Shown here in pieces: positions 1 to 9,510 of a stretch of DNA of 32,000 nucleotides. Both the position numbers and the translations under genes were made by a program. Origin of the DNA: Candidatus Saccharimonadota bacterium (lineage in GTDB: Bacteria > Pseudomonadota > Gammaproteobacteria > Enterobacterales > Enterobacteriaceae); assembly GCA_045690015.1 (NCBI GenBank), contig CP145877.1, positions 150,001-182,000 of the forward strand, written 5' to 3'. Below the pieces are notes generated by a model that saw only the letters and a list, made by a program, of their open reading frames with translations, searched no databases and was not told where the DNA came from. Every line of letters starts with the position of its first letter. The first letter of the stretch is position 1.

Positions 1-1
1 T

Positions 2-697
2 GTAGCCATTATTATGGATGGTAATGGACGGTGGGCAAATCGTCAAGGAAAACTCCGTATTTTTGGACATAAAGCTGGAGTTCAATCTTTAAAAAAAGTA
101 ATCAAGTTTGCAGTTTCTCATCAATTAGAGGCACTCACTCTTTATGCTTTTAGCAGCGAAAATTGGAATCGACCAAAAATAGAAGTAATAGCATTAATGG
201 ATTTATTTAAATGGGCACTGAATACTAATTTGAGGAAATTAAACCAACATAATATAAAATTACACATTATTGGTAATGTGAGTAGTTTTAATGTGCAATT
301 ACAGCACAGTATTCGTTACGCGCAAGCAGTTACCAAAAAAAATACTGGATTAGTACTTACTATTGCTGCTAATTATGGAGGTAGATGGGATATTCTTCAT
401 GCAATTAAGCAAATCGCCAATTTAGTACAGAAAAAAATAATAGAGCCTGATCTAATAGATGAGTTTTATCTATCAAAATATTTATGTCTTAATAATTTAG
501 CTCCGGTTGATTTTCTCATAAGAACCGGAGGAGAATATCGACTAAGTAATTTTCTACTTTGGCAGATAGCTTACACCGAATTATATTTCACGGATGTACT
601 TTGGCCAGACTTTAATGAACAGATTTTTAAACAAGCAATAACCGTTTTTACACAACGAGAACGTAGATTTGGTAGTATCAATTATAATATCGTATAA
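2..697 (+). CDS. uppS: Undecaprenyl-diphosphate synthase, 5' end cut by the window edge
   Basis: The reading frame is open from base 2 and reads VAIIMDGNGRWA..., matching E. coli UppS about 25 aa into the protein. The conserved stretches LTLYAFSSENWNRP, IAANYGGRWDI, IRTGGE.R.SNFLLWQIAYTELYFTDVLWPDF and RERRFG are present. The ATG at 14 used by the ORF track is an internal Met. Confidence 0.95.
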   Translation, partial: VAIIMDGNGRWANRQGKLRIFGHKAGVQSLKKVIKFAVSHQLEALTLYAFSSENWNRPKIEVIALMDLFKWALNTNLRKLNQHNIKLHIIGNVSSFNVQLQHSIRYAQAVTKKNTGLVLTIAANYGGRWDILHAIKQIANLVQKKIIEPDLIDEFYLSKYLCLNNLAPVDFLIRTGGEYRLSNFLLWQIAYTELYFTDVLWPDFNEQIFKQAITVFTQRERRFGSINYNIV

Positions 698-763
698 ATA
701 AAAAATTTCATCAAAGTTAATACTACCTACATATGTGGAGATCCGTTTGTTAAAGTTCAGTGA

Positions 764-931
764 AAATATAGAAAGAATAATTCCTGCATTTTTATCCTGG
801 TTTTTCTTTGCATGTTAGCAGGAGTAATAAATAAGTATTTTACAAAAAGACTTGGACCTAAGAGATAGTTCAACAGTAACACTATTTTATTTGCATATCT
901 TTCTTTATGGAGATTTAAAGCTGGTCATTAG
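764..931 (+). pseudogene. cdsA: Probable heavily eroded relic of CDP-diglyceride synthase (cdsA)
   Basis: It lies where cdsA sits in the E. coli uppS-cdsA-rseP-bamA order. One plus-strand frame reads ...ILVFLCMLAGVINKYFTKRLGPKR*FNSNTILFAYLSLWRFKAGH*. The first part resembles CdsA ILVWGADSGAYMFGKLFGK. The second part resembles the start of the CdsA signature ESMFKREAG. Both matches are in colinear order, the frame has an internal TAG at 866-868, and most of the roughly 285-aa gene is gone. The matches are short. Confidence 0.35.
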
Positions 932-942
932 AGGAAATTATT

Positions 943-2328
943 ATGTTAGATATACTCCAAACTATAACCGTTTTTATTATAGCAATGAGTATTTTAATTA
1001 CAGTCCATGAGTATGGACATTTTTTGGTTGCTAGACGTTGTGGAGTATTTATTGAATGTTTTTCAATTGGTTTTGGCAAGACATTGATATCTTGGTATGA
1101 CCGTTATGGTACTCGCTATATAATATGTCTATTTCCATTTGGTGGATATGTTAAAATGTTCAGTACAAATACTAGCGCCACTTACATTAGAACTAATTTA
1201 CAACCTAAACAAAACTTTAATAATCAAAGTTTATTACATCAAGCAGCTATTATAAGTGCAGGTCCTATTGCTAATTTTATTTTAGCAATAATTTGCTACT
1301 GGGTAGTTTTTGTATATGGTATAACTAATATCAAACCTATCATACATGAAGTAAAAGAAGGATCAATAGCATTTCAGTCGGGAATTCCACGTAATATGGA
1401 ATTTAAATCTATTGGTGATATTGAAACTTATAACTGGAATGATGTACGTATGGCATTAATCACACAAATAGGTTCAAATATTCCTGTAAAACTGGTACCT
1501 TTTAACCAAGTATCTACTAAGGAAATTGTGAAATCAATTAATTTACATAATTGGCATATTAATCCCAATCTACAAGATCCCATAATTTCAATTGGTATTC
1601 AGCCTTATCAATCAAAAACAGAATTCCTTTTAGATAGAATTTCTCCTTATTCAATTGCAAGCAAAATTGGTTTACAGGATGGAGATAAAATTTTAAAAGT
1701 AAATGGTCAGCAATTAAAAAATTGGCCTGATCTAATGAAATTAATATGTGATAATTTTAATCATACTATTAAATTAGTAATAAAACGAAACTCACAAATC
1801 TTTTCAGTTTATTTAAGTTCCAATCGGAAAGATGGTGTGTGGAAGAATGGAAAATGCTTTTTCGGTGCCATTCCCCATTATGTTCCGTTAGATGATAGAT
1901 TCAAAAATCAGCAAAAGTATAATCCGATTGCTGCTGTTTTAGGTGCTGAAAGAAAAACTTGGCAATTATCTAAATTAACCTTTCGCATCTTGAAAAAAGT
2001 AATAATTGGTAAAATATCACTTAATACTATTAGTGGTCCAATTTCAATTGCACAAGGAGCCAGTATATCTGCAAAACACGGTTGGCTAGCATACCTAATG
2101 TTTTTAGCATTAATTAGTATTAATCTAGGTATTATTAATTTATTACCTTTACCTATTTTAGATGGCGGATATCTTTTATTTATTTTAATTGAAAAAATTA
2201 AAAGACAGTCAATTTCAGACAAATTTAAACACATTATTTTTAATATTGGTACAATCTTAGTTATATTGCTTATGGCTCTTGCCATTTTTAATGATTGTTC
2301 ACGCATTTTAGTCAATATCACTAAATGA
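943..2328 (+). CDS. rseP: Regulated intramembrane site-2 zinc metalloprotease RseP
   Basis: 461 aa versus 450 aa in E. coli. The HEYGH (HExxH) motif is in TM1 (ITVHEYGHFLVARRCGV). IGFGK, PFGGYVKM and the C-terminal INLGIINLLPLPILDGG motif are present. A GAGGAA Shine-Dalgarno sits 6 nt upstream of the ATG. Position is syntenic. Confidence 0.95.
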   Translation: MLDILQTITVFIIAMSILITVHEYGHFLVARRCGVFIECFSIGFGKTLISWYDRYGTRYIICLFPFGGYVKMFSTNTSATYIRTNLQPKQNFNNQSLLHQAAIISAGPIANFILAIICYWVVFVYGITNIKPIIHEVKEGSIAFQSGIPRNMEFKSIGDIETYNWNDVRMALITQIGSNIPVKLVPFNQVSTKEIVKSINLHNWHINPNLQDPIISIGIQPYQSKTEFLLDRISPYSIASKIGLQDGDKILKVNGQQLKNWPDLMKLICDNFNHTIKLVIKRNSQIFSVYLSSNRKDGVWKNGKCFFGAIPHYVPLDDRFKNQQKYNPIAAVLGAERKTWQLSKLTFRILKKVIIGKISLNTISGPISIAQGASISAKHGWLAYLMFLALISINLGIINLLPLPILDGGYLLFILIEKIKRQSISDKFKHIIFNIGTILVILLMALAIFNDCSRILVNITK

Positions 2329-2360
2329 ATGATGTATAAAGAAAAGTGAGAAGACATAAA

Positions 2361-4823
2361 ATGTCACTACTAAACAAGATCTTTATATTTATAACCTTAC
2401 TATTTCTTTATACTACCATTTTTGGACAGCATAAATTTTTAATACAAAATGTTTGTTTTCATGGATTACACCGAATTTCTGTAACCTCAGTATTAACGAA
2501 TTTTCCTATCCGCCTTGGAGATAATCTTTCTACAGAAGATATTAATCATCTCATTCGAGCTTTGTTTAGTACAAATTATTTTGATAATGTAAAAATTTCA
2601 CGTGATGCCAATACTTTAATTGTTCAATTAAAAGAACGTCCTATTATTTCTTTTATTAAAATTTTAGGTAATAATGTTATTACGAATCAATCTATTATTA
2701 AAGATTTATCTAAATATGACATTCATCCAGGTCAAATTTTGAATCGTACTAAATTATATTTAATAGAACAAAACCTCCAAAATCACTATCACTCCCTTGG
2801 ATACTATAATCTTCATCTAAAAATGATTATCACCTCACTACAACACCATACTGTTGGAATAATAATATCTTTTAAAGAAGGAAAAGCAGCAAGGATTGCT
2901 AAGATTAATATATTAGGTAATAAAGCATTTAATTATAGACAATTAAGCCATAATTTTATACTTCATGATAAATCTAAATTCAAAATATTTATTAGTGATT
3001 ATAACAACCAATATAAAAATCAAATTTTATATCAAGATTTAGAAAAGTTACGAAAATTTTATTTTTCTCATGGTTATGCAAATTTTAAAATTTTTTATAC
3101 TCAAGTTAATTTAACACCAAATAAAGAAAAAATTTTTATTACTATAAATATTCATGAAGGTTTACGTTATAAGATTAAAACCATCAAGTTTAAAGGTAAT
3201 TTTAGAATTAATGAAAAAGAAATGAAAAAACTCTATTTCCTTAAAAAGGAAGAATGGTATAACATAAATAAAGTGCAACTATTAGAAAAATGCATCCGTA
3301 AGGTTCTTCAAACTTCTGGATATATTTGGCCATCTGTAAATATAAACGAGATAATTAATAAACATAATAAGACAATTGATTTAATTGTTAATATTAATAC
3401 TGGACAACGTTATTATGTTCATCGAATTTATTTTCGCGGTAATCATCTTACGCAAGATCCAGTATTACGTCGTCAAATTGCTCAAAGAGAAGGAAAATGG
3501 TTTAATGAATATTTAGTTAAAAAAGGTCAAAACCGACTAAATAATACTGGATTTTTTAAAACAGTAACTATAGATATCCAACGTGTATCAAAAATATTGA
3601 ATAGTGTAGATATAATCTATCAACTAAAAGAACAAGAAAATAAAGGTAATATAAGTTTTGGATTGGGATGGGATGGTGAAAAGCATTTAAGTTACCATAT
3701 TAAGATATTAGAATCTAATTGGTTAGGTACTGGTTATACCATGGGTTTTGGAATCAAAAAAAGCAATGATAGTACTCATAGTGATATTACTATCATTAAT
3801 CCGCATTTTACTATTAAAGGATTTAGTATTAGTAAAAGCATTTTTTTTGACAATTTATATAACTATGACATATCTAAATATGAACATAAAAATTATGGAT
3901 TTAATGATGATATAGTAATTCCAATAAGTAAGCATAATTTTATTGATATAGGTATAGGTTATGCTAATAATGATGTTTCAAATATACAGCCTCAAGTGAA
4001 GATTTGGCGTTATTTGCACGATAAAGGAAAAAGTCCCGATTTACTTTCAAAAAACCAATATACTGAAAGTAATTTCAATTTCAAAACGGGATGGATCTAT
4101 AATAGTCTTAATCAAAAGCTATTTCCTACTTATGGACTTGAGAATAAAATTCTAAATACCATATATGTACCATTTCCAAGATCTAGGAGTGATTTTCATG
4201 ATATTTACTATCAAATTACATTAGATTCTATGGGATATATACCAATTATGAATTATCCAAAAAATCCCAATACATGGGCTATTTTAGGACATGGACATAT
4301 TGGATATATGAATACTTTTATTAAAAATTCCAGTCCTTTTTTCGAAAATTTTTCGGGAGGAGGTCTCACTTATTTACGTGGTTTTAGTATTAATAGTATA
4401 GGTACAAGAGCTATTTATTATAATTCTAAATTGTATTCTTGTAAAAATAAAAACACCACTCTCTGTATTTCTAAAGATACAATAGGAGGAAATCTAATTA
4501 CTGTGGCCAGTATTGAAATTCTTGCTCCTATAATTAATCCGATTATTTATAATAATTCTTTAGGTTTTATGAGAGCATCAATATTTATTGATATTGGTAC
4601 AGTTACTGTGATTAATGATCATTGGAAAAATTGCTTTACCAAAAACAATAACCATTTTATTAATAATTATATAAATTTCAGTAAAATACGTATTTCTACC
4701 GGAATAAATTTTCGATGGATATCACCATTTGGACCAGTCATAGTAGTATATTCTAAGCCTATAAAAAAAGATCATCGAGATCAAGTAGAATCATTTCAAT
4801 TTAGTTTTGGAACTAATTGGTAA
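2361..4823 (+). CDS. bamA: Outer membrane protein assembly factor BamA
   Basis: About 820 aa and colinear with E. coli BamA across the POTRA region (VKERP, YFVRKI-like RYYVHRIYFRGN, VLRRQ) and the barrel (NWLGTGY, the LRGF loop-6 motif, the paired Cys C..C, and a terminal FQFSFGTNW). I prefer the ATG at 2361 because MSLLNKIFIF... looks like a signal peptide. The ORF-track GTG at 2346 is a possible alternative start. Confidence 0.95.
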   Translation: MSLLNKIFIFITLLFLYTTIFGQHKFLIQNVCFHGLHRISVTSVLTNFPIRLGDNLSTEDINHLIRALFSTNYFDNVKISRDANTLIVQLKERPIISFIKILGNNVITNQSIIKDLSKYDIHPGQILNRTKLYLIEQNLQNHYHSLGYYNLHLKMIITSLQHHTVGIIISFKEGKAARIAKINILGNKAFNYRQLSHNFILHDKSKFKIFISDYNNQYKNQILYQDLEKLRKFYFSHGYANFKIFYTQVNLTPNKEKIFITINIHEGLRYKIKTIKFKGNFRINEKEMKKLYFLKKEEWYNINKVQLLEKCIRKVLQTSGYIWPSVNINEIINKHNKTIDLIVNINTGQRYYVHRIYFRGNHLTQDPVLRRQIAQREGKWFNEYLVKKGQNRLNNTGFFKTVTIDIQRVSKILNSVDIIYQLKEQENKGNISFGLGWDGEKHLSYHIKILESNWLGTGYTMGFGIKKSNDSTHSDITIINPHFTIKGFSISKSIFFDNLYNYDISKYEHKNYGFNDDIVIPISKHNFIDIGIGYANNDVSNIQPQVKIWRYLHDKGKSPDLLSKNQYTESNFNFKTGWIYNSLNQKLFPTYGLENKILNTIYVPFPRSRSDFHDIYYQITLDSMGYIPIMNYPKNPNTWAILGHGHIGYMNTFIKNSSPFFENFSGGGLTYLRGFSINSIGTRAIYYNSKLYSCKNKNTTLCISKDTIGGNLITVASIEILAPIINPIIYNNSLGFMRASIFIDIGTVTVINDHWKNCFTKNNNHFINNYINFSKIRISTGINFRWISPFGPVIVVYSKPIKKDHRDQVESFQFSFGTNW

Positions 4824-4878
4824 TATAATGTAAAAATTACCTAATTTATTATAAAATCAATCGTTAAGGAGTTTTAGA

Positions 4879-5400
4879 GTGAAAAAAGTTTTATATGTTC
4901 TATCGTTTATAGCTATATGTACAATTGGTTATTTAACTTCAACTACAGCTCATACCATCACCCAAAGTAAATTTGCTCTTGTGAACATGGGAAAAATTTT
5001 TCAACAACTTCCCCAAGTTAAAGTAATTGCTAAAAAATTAGAAGAAGAATTTAAAGACAGGGCTAATACTATTCAAAATATGGAATTGAATTTTCAAAAA
5101 CAAATGCAACATCTACAATATGATGGTTCGGCAATGAATAATATTGAACACAATAAATTAGAACAAGAAATAATTTTACAACGTCAAAAATTAGCTAATG
5201 AGATACAATTATTCGAAAATGATAAACAACATCGTCAAATTGAAGAACAAAATAAACTTTTAGCTCTGATACGAGATATAGTAAGAAAAATAGCTATTAA
5301 TGAAAATTATGAAATGGTGTTTGATGCAGATGCTATTATTTATGATCATAATTTAAAGGATATGACTGATACAGTCATAAAAAATATGAATTCAAAATAA
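4879..5400 (+). CDS. skp: Periplasmic chaperone Skp (OmpH)
   Basis: 173 aa with an N-terminal signal-like segment. FALVNMGKIFQQLPQ matches E. coli IAIVNMGSLFQQVAQ, and the coiled-coil-like K/E/Q-rich body is present. It starts at GTG, with a perfect AAGGAG at 4866-4871, 7 nt upstream. It is syntenic after bamA. Confidence 0.9.
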   Translation: MKKVLYVLSFIAICTIGYLTSTTAHTITQSKFALVNMGKIFQQLPQVKVIAKKLEEEFKDRANTIQNMELNFQKQMQHLQYDGSAMNNIEHNKLEQEIILQRQKLANEIQLFENDKQHRQIEEQNKLLALIRDIVRKIAINENYEMVFDADAIIYDHNLKDMTDTVIKNMNSK

Positions 5401-5459
5401 TATTTTTATTAAAAACATGAAATTATCTCAAGATAGTCTTTTGAGGATAAAGCAAAATT

Positions 5460-5918
5460 TTGCCAATTGAAGAAATTATTAAAATTTTACCACATCGTTT
5501 TCCTTTTTTATTGATTGATTGCATTACCCATTTTAAAAAAGGACATTCTTTAACTGCAATAAAAGAGGTTTCAATTAATGACCCATTTTTATACATGCAT
5601 TTTCCTCAAAATCCAGTTTTCCCTGGAGTTTTAATCATTGAATCTTTAGCACAAGCTTCATGGATTCTTGCTGTGAAAAGCTTAGGAACATTAAAATCCG
5701 ATTGGTTTTATTATTTAATCGCTATTGATAAAGCCAGATTTAAACGGATTGTTTTTCCTGGAGATCAAATGATCTTAGAAATAGAATTTATTAAAGAACG
5801 TCAAGGTTTAACTGTTTTTAAATGTATTGCAAAAGTCAATAAAGAACTGGTTTGTACAGCATTAATAAAGTGTATTCGCAGAAAAAGGATAATTAAAAAT
5901 CTGTCAACTAATAATTAA
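5460..5918 (+). CDS. fabZ: 3-hydroxyacyl-ACP dehydratase FabZ
   Basis: 152 aa. LPHRFPFLLID, HFP..PVFPGVLIIES (catalytic His and Glu retained), ARFKR.V.PGDQM are all present. TTG is the only available start, because an in-frame TAA lies 4 codons upstream. GAGGA lies 12 nt upstream. Confidence 0.92.
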   Translation: MPIEEIIKILPHRFPFLLIDCITHFKKGHSLTAIKEVSINDPFLYMHFPQNPVFPGVLIIESLAQASWILAVKSLGTLKSDWFYYLIAIDKARFKRIVFPGDQMILEIEFIKERQGLTVFKCIAKVNKELVCTALIKCIRRKRIIKNLSTNN

Positions 5919-5989
5919 AATTTTTCTATTTAAGAATTATTAATCGAAAGTAATCTAATCTAAGGGTTTTACATCAATAAAATATTAAT

Positions 5990-8900
5990 ATGAGACAACC
6001 TCGTTTTATTCATCTACGTATTCATAGTGATTATTCTATTAAAGATGGGTTAGCTAAAATTGATATGCTTGTAAAAAAGGCAGCTGAATTAAATATGCCT
6101 GCAATGGGTCTTACAGATTTTACTAACCTATTTGGTGTAATCAAATTTTATTCTTATACATGGCAAAAAGGTATAAAACCAATCATAGGAACTGATTTTA
6201 AACTTTATCATCCAATTATGCCGAATGAATTATGTAATCTTACTACAATCGCTATTAATAATATAGGATATCGCAATATTATTAGACTAATTTCACGGGC
6301 TTATCAACAGGGATATAATTTACAACCCGGACCAACTATCAAACATGAATGGTTAGCTGAGTTTTCGGAAGGAATTATATTATTATCGGGTGGTTGTAAT
6401 GGTGATATTGGAAAGAATTTATTAAAAAATAATGCTTCCTTAGTTTTAAATTTTATTGATTTTTATAAAAAGTATTTTCCTGAGAGATACTATTTAGAGT
6501 TAATTCGTACTAAAAGACCTAATGAAGAAACTTATTTACATGCAGCGATGGATTTAGCTAGAAAAAATAATCTTCCTGTAGTTGCTACAAATGAAGTTTG
6601 TTTCCTCGAATCCTCAGACTTTAAGGCACATGAAATACGTGTTGCTATTCATGATGGTTATACTTTGCTAGATCCTAAACGTCCTTTAAATTATAGTCTC
6701 TATCAATATTTTCGCAATGAAAAAGAAATGTGTGATTTATTTGCCGATATTCCTGAAGCACTACAAAATACGGTAGAAATATCAAAACGTTGTAATGTAA
6801 TTATTAATTTTGGAAAGAAATACTTTCTGCCTCAATTTAATACTGGATTTATGAGTGCTGAGGAATATCTGATTAATCAGGCTCGTCAGGGATTAGAAAA
6901 ACGTCTCCAATCTTTATTTCCTAATGAGGATCTACGGATACAAAAAAGATCTAGATATGATGATCGTTTGAAAATGGAATTAAAAGTAATTAATCAAATG
7001 GGTTTTCCAGGGTATTTTTTAATAGTTATGGAATTTATTCAGTGGTCAAAACAACACCAAGTACCGGTAGGTCCAGGTCGTGGTTCAGGTGCTGGATCTT
7101 TAGTAGCTTATGCGTTAAATATTACAGATATTGATCCGTTACAATTTGATTTGCTATTTGAACGATTTTTAAATCCTGAACGTATTTCTATGCCAGATTT
7201 TGATATTGATTTTTGTATGGAAAAACGGGATCTGGTAATAGATCATGTAGCTAAAACTTATGGAAGAGAAGCAGTTTCACAAATTATTACTTTTGGTACT
7301 ATGGCTGCTAAAGCAGCTATTAGAGATGTAGGTCGAGTATTAAATTATTCTTATACTTTTATAGATCGTATAACTAAATTAATTCCATCTCATATTGGAA
7401 TAACTTTAAAACATGCTTTGAATATAGAAGCCCAATTAAGTCAATTATATGATTCTAATGAAGAAGTAAAAAAATTAATAGATCTAGCTTCAAAATTAGA
7501 AGGAGTAATACGTAATGCTAGTAAACACGCTGGAGGTGTTGTCATAGCACCTACAAAAATTACAGATTTTATGCCTATTTACTGCGATGGAAAGGGTAAT
7601 AATCCTGTTACACAATTTGATAAAAATGATGTGGAAGCTATCGGATTAGTAAAATTTGATTTTCTAGGACTGCGTACTTTGACAATTATTAGTAAAGCAT
7701 TAGAAATGATTAATTTAAAACGTGAAAAAAATCATCAATATCCTTTATCTATAACAGAAATTGCATTAAATGATAATGACAGTTATTCTTTATTAAGACA
7801 AGCAGAAACAACAGCCATTTTTCAATTAGAATCTAAAGGTATGAAAGATCTTATTAAGAGATTGAAACCAGATTCTTTTGAAGATTTAATTGCATTAATA
7901 GCTCTGTTTCGTCCAGGACCTTTGCAATCGGGTATGGTAGATAATTTCATCAAACGTAAACATGGAATTGAAGAGATTTCATATCCTGATAAGAAATGGC
8001 AACATTCATCTTTAAAAAAAATTTTAGATCCCACATATGGTATAGTTCTTTATCAAGAACAAGTAATGCAAATTGCTCAAATTTTAGCCGATTATACACT
8101 TGGTGAAGCTGATATCTTACGACGAGCCATGAGTAAAAAAAAATCCAAAGAAATGGCTCAACAGCGATTAAGATTTAAGATTGGAGCAGAAAAAAAAGGT
8201 ATTAATGGTGAACTGGCCATGAGAATATTTGATTTATTGGAAAAATTCGCAGGATATGGGTTTAATAAATCACATTCGGTCGCTTACGCTTTATTATCTT
8301 ATTACACAGTGTGGTTAAAAACCCACTACTATGAAGAATTTATGGCTGCCGTCATGACTTTCGATATGGATAACACTGAAAAGCTTGTAGACTTTTCTGA
8401 AGAAATTTTACGAACTGGAAAAAAACTTCTTCCACCAAATATTAATACGGGCGAATATTATTTTTATGTTAATGATAAAAATGAAATTATTTATGGTCTT
8501 GGAGCAATTAAAGGAATAGGGGTAAGAGCTATAGAGGAAATTATCAAAGCCAGAAAAAAAGCCGGAATTTTTCAAAACCTCTTGGATCTTTGTATACGTA
8601 TAGATCTAAAAAAAATTAATCGTCGCGTATTAACTATCTTGATTAAATCCGGTGCTTTAGATTCCTTAGGCCAAAGTAGAGGATTTATGTTAAATGTCTT
8701 AGATGATACATTTAAAATTGCCTCTCAGTATACTAAAATTCAAAACAGTGGTCAGAAAGATATGTTTGGATGTATAACAGAAAAAAATCCGATAGAAATA
8801 TATAAAGATAAAGAAGTAGTGCAATTACCCGAAAATATATGGTTATCAGGAGAACGAGAAACTCTAGGGAGATACTTTACCGGTCATCCTATAAATGAAT

Positions 8901-9478
8901 ATAAGAATGAAATAAAAAACTATACCAATATTAATTTGATAGATATTGATTCTTATCAACCGGGAGATTTTATCAAAGTAGTTGGTTTATTGGTCAAAAA
9001 ACGGATTTTTACTGTAAAAAGTGGTAATCGCATAGGTATTTGTACTTTGGATGATAGTTCGAGTTGTATAGAGGTATTATTGTTTGCTGATTTATTAGAA
9101 AAAAATCAACATTTCTTAAAAAAAGAAAATCTTCTGATTATTAGTGGTAAAGTAAGTATTGATGATTTTAATCAAAGAAAGATCATAGCGAGTCAGATTC
9201 TTGATCTTCAAGAAGCACGTAAGAAATATGTTAGTGCAATTACTATATTGCTAAATAGCAATCAAATTAATCAAGAATTTTTAAATAAAATCAGTTATTG
9301 TTTAAAAAAATACCATTCTGGATCTATACCAATACATCTATACTATCAGAGTATGGTAGCTAGAGTTAGATTACATTTAGAGCCTGTTTGGATGGTATCA
9401 CCTACCACTGATTTAATCAATAATCTACGAAGATTATTAGGAAATGAACAGGTGATACTAGAGTTCATTCCTCATTAG
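5990..9478 (+). CDS. dnaE: DNA polymerase III alpha subunit
   Basis: 1162 aa versus 1160 aa in E. coli. The PHP-domain start ([15 protein letters not shown]), [45 protein letters not shown] and the C-terminal OB region are colinear with the E. coli protein. Confidence 0.98.
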   Translation: MRQPRFIHLRIHSDYSIKDGLAKIDMLVKKAAELNMPAMGLTDFTNLFGVIKFYSYTWQKGIKPIIGTDFKLYHPIMPNELCNLTTIAINNIGYRNIIRLISRAYQQGYNLQPGPTIKHEWLAEFSEGIILLSGGCNGDIGKNLLKNNASLVLNFIDFYKKYFPERYYLELIRTKRPNEETYLHAAMDLARKNNLPVVATNEVCFLESSDFKAHEIRVAIHDGYTLLDPKRPLNYSLYQYFRNEKEMCDLFADIPEALQNTVEISKRCNVIINFGKKYFLPQFNTGFMSAEEYLINQARQGLEKRLQSLFPNEDLRIQKRSRYDDRLKMELKVINQMGFPGYFLIVMEFIQWSKQHQVPVGPGRGSGAGSLVAYALNITDIDPLQFDLLFERFLNPERISMPDFDIDFCMEKRDLVIDHVAKTYGREAVSQIITFGTMAAKAAIRDVGRVLNYSYTFIDRITKLIPSHIGITLKHALNIEAQLSQLYDSNEEVKKLIDLASKLEGVIRNASKHAGGVVIAPTKITDFMPIYCDGKGNNPVTQFDKNDVEAIGLVKFDFLGLRTLTIISKALEMINLKREKNHQYPLSITEIALNDNDSYSLLRQAETTAIFQLESKGMKDLIKRLKPDSFEDLIALIALFRPGPLQSGMVDNFIKRKHGIEEISYPDKKWQHSSLKKILDPTYGIVLYQEQVMQIAQILADYTLGEADILRRAMSKKKSKEMAQQRLRFKIGAEKKGINGELAMRIFDLLEKFAGYGFNKSHSVAYALLSYYTVWLKTHYYEEFMAAVMTFDMDNTEKLVDFSEEILRTGKKLLPPNINTGEYYFYVNDKNEIIYGLGAIKGIGVRAIEEIIKARKKAGIFQNLLDLCIRIDLKKINRRVLTILIKSGALDSLGQSRGFMLNVLDDTFKIASQYTKIQNSGQKDMFGCITEKNPIEIYKDKEVVQLPENIWLSGERETLGRYFTGHPINEYKNEIKNYTNINLIDIDSYQPGDFIKVVGLLVKKRIFTVKSGNRIGICTLDDSSSCIEVLLFADLLEKNQHFLKKENLLIISGKVSIDDFNQRKIIASQILDLQEARKKYVSAITILLNSNQINQEFLNKISYCLKKYHSGSIPIHLYYQSMVARVRLHLEPVWMVSPTTDLINNLRRLLGNEQVILEFIPH

Positions 9479-9510
9479 CTCTAAGTCAAGTGATATTTGG
9501 AACTTATTTT

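Noticed and set aside
734-742. TGTGGAGAT, a 7/9 match to the DnaA box TGTGGATAA, in the uppS-rseP spacer
   Set aside because: It is a single imperfect box with no cluster and no adjacent AT-rich 13-mers distinguishable from background. It lies inside the probable cdsA relic, so chance is the likely explanation.
1908-2357. 149-aa minus-strand ORF overlapping the 3' end of rseP
   Set aside because: It is antisense to a well-conserved gene, its sequence is low-complexity and I/L/K-rich, and it resembles nothing I recognise. It is a shadow ORF typical of AT-rich DNA.
2346-2360. Upstream alternative starts proposed by the ORF track: GTG 2346 for bamA, GTG 9490 for tilS and GTG 28447 for atpE
   Set aside because: Downstream ATGs give N-termini matching the E. 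coli proteins. atpE becomes exactly 79 aa with GAGGAG upstream. bamA begins with a signal-peptide-like MSLLNK. tilS shows the right spacing to the PP-loop. The extensions are probably artefacts of taking the longest ORF, although bamA and tilS remain somewhat uncertain.
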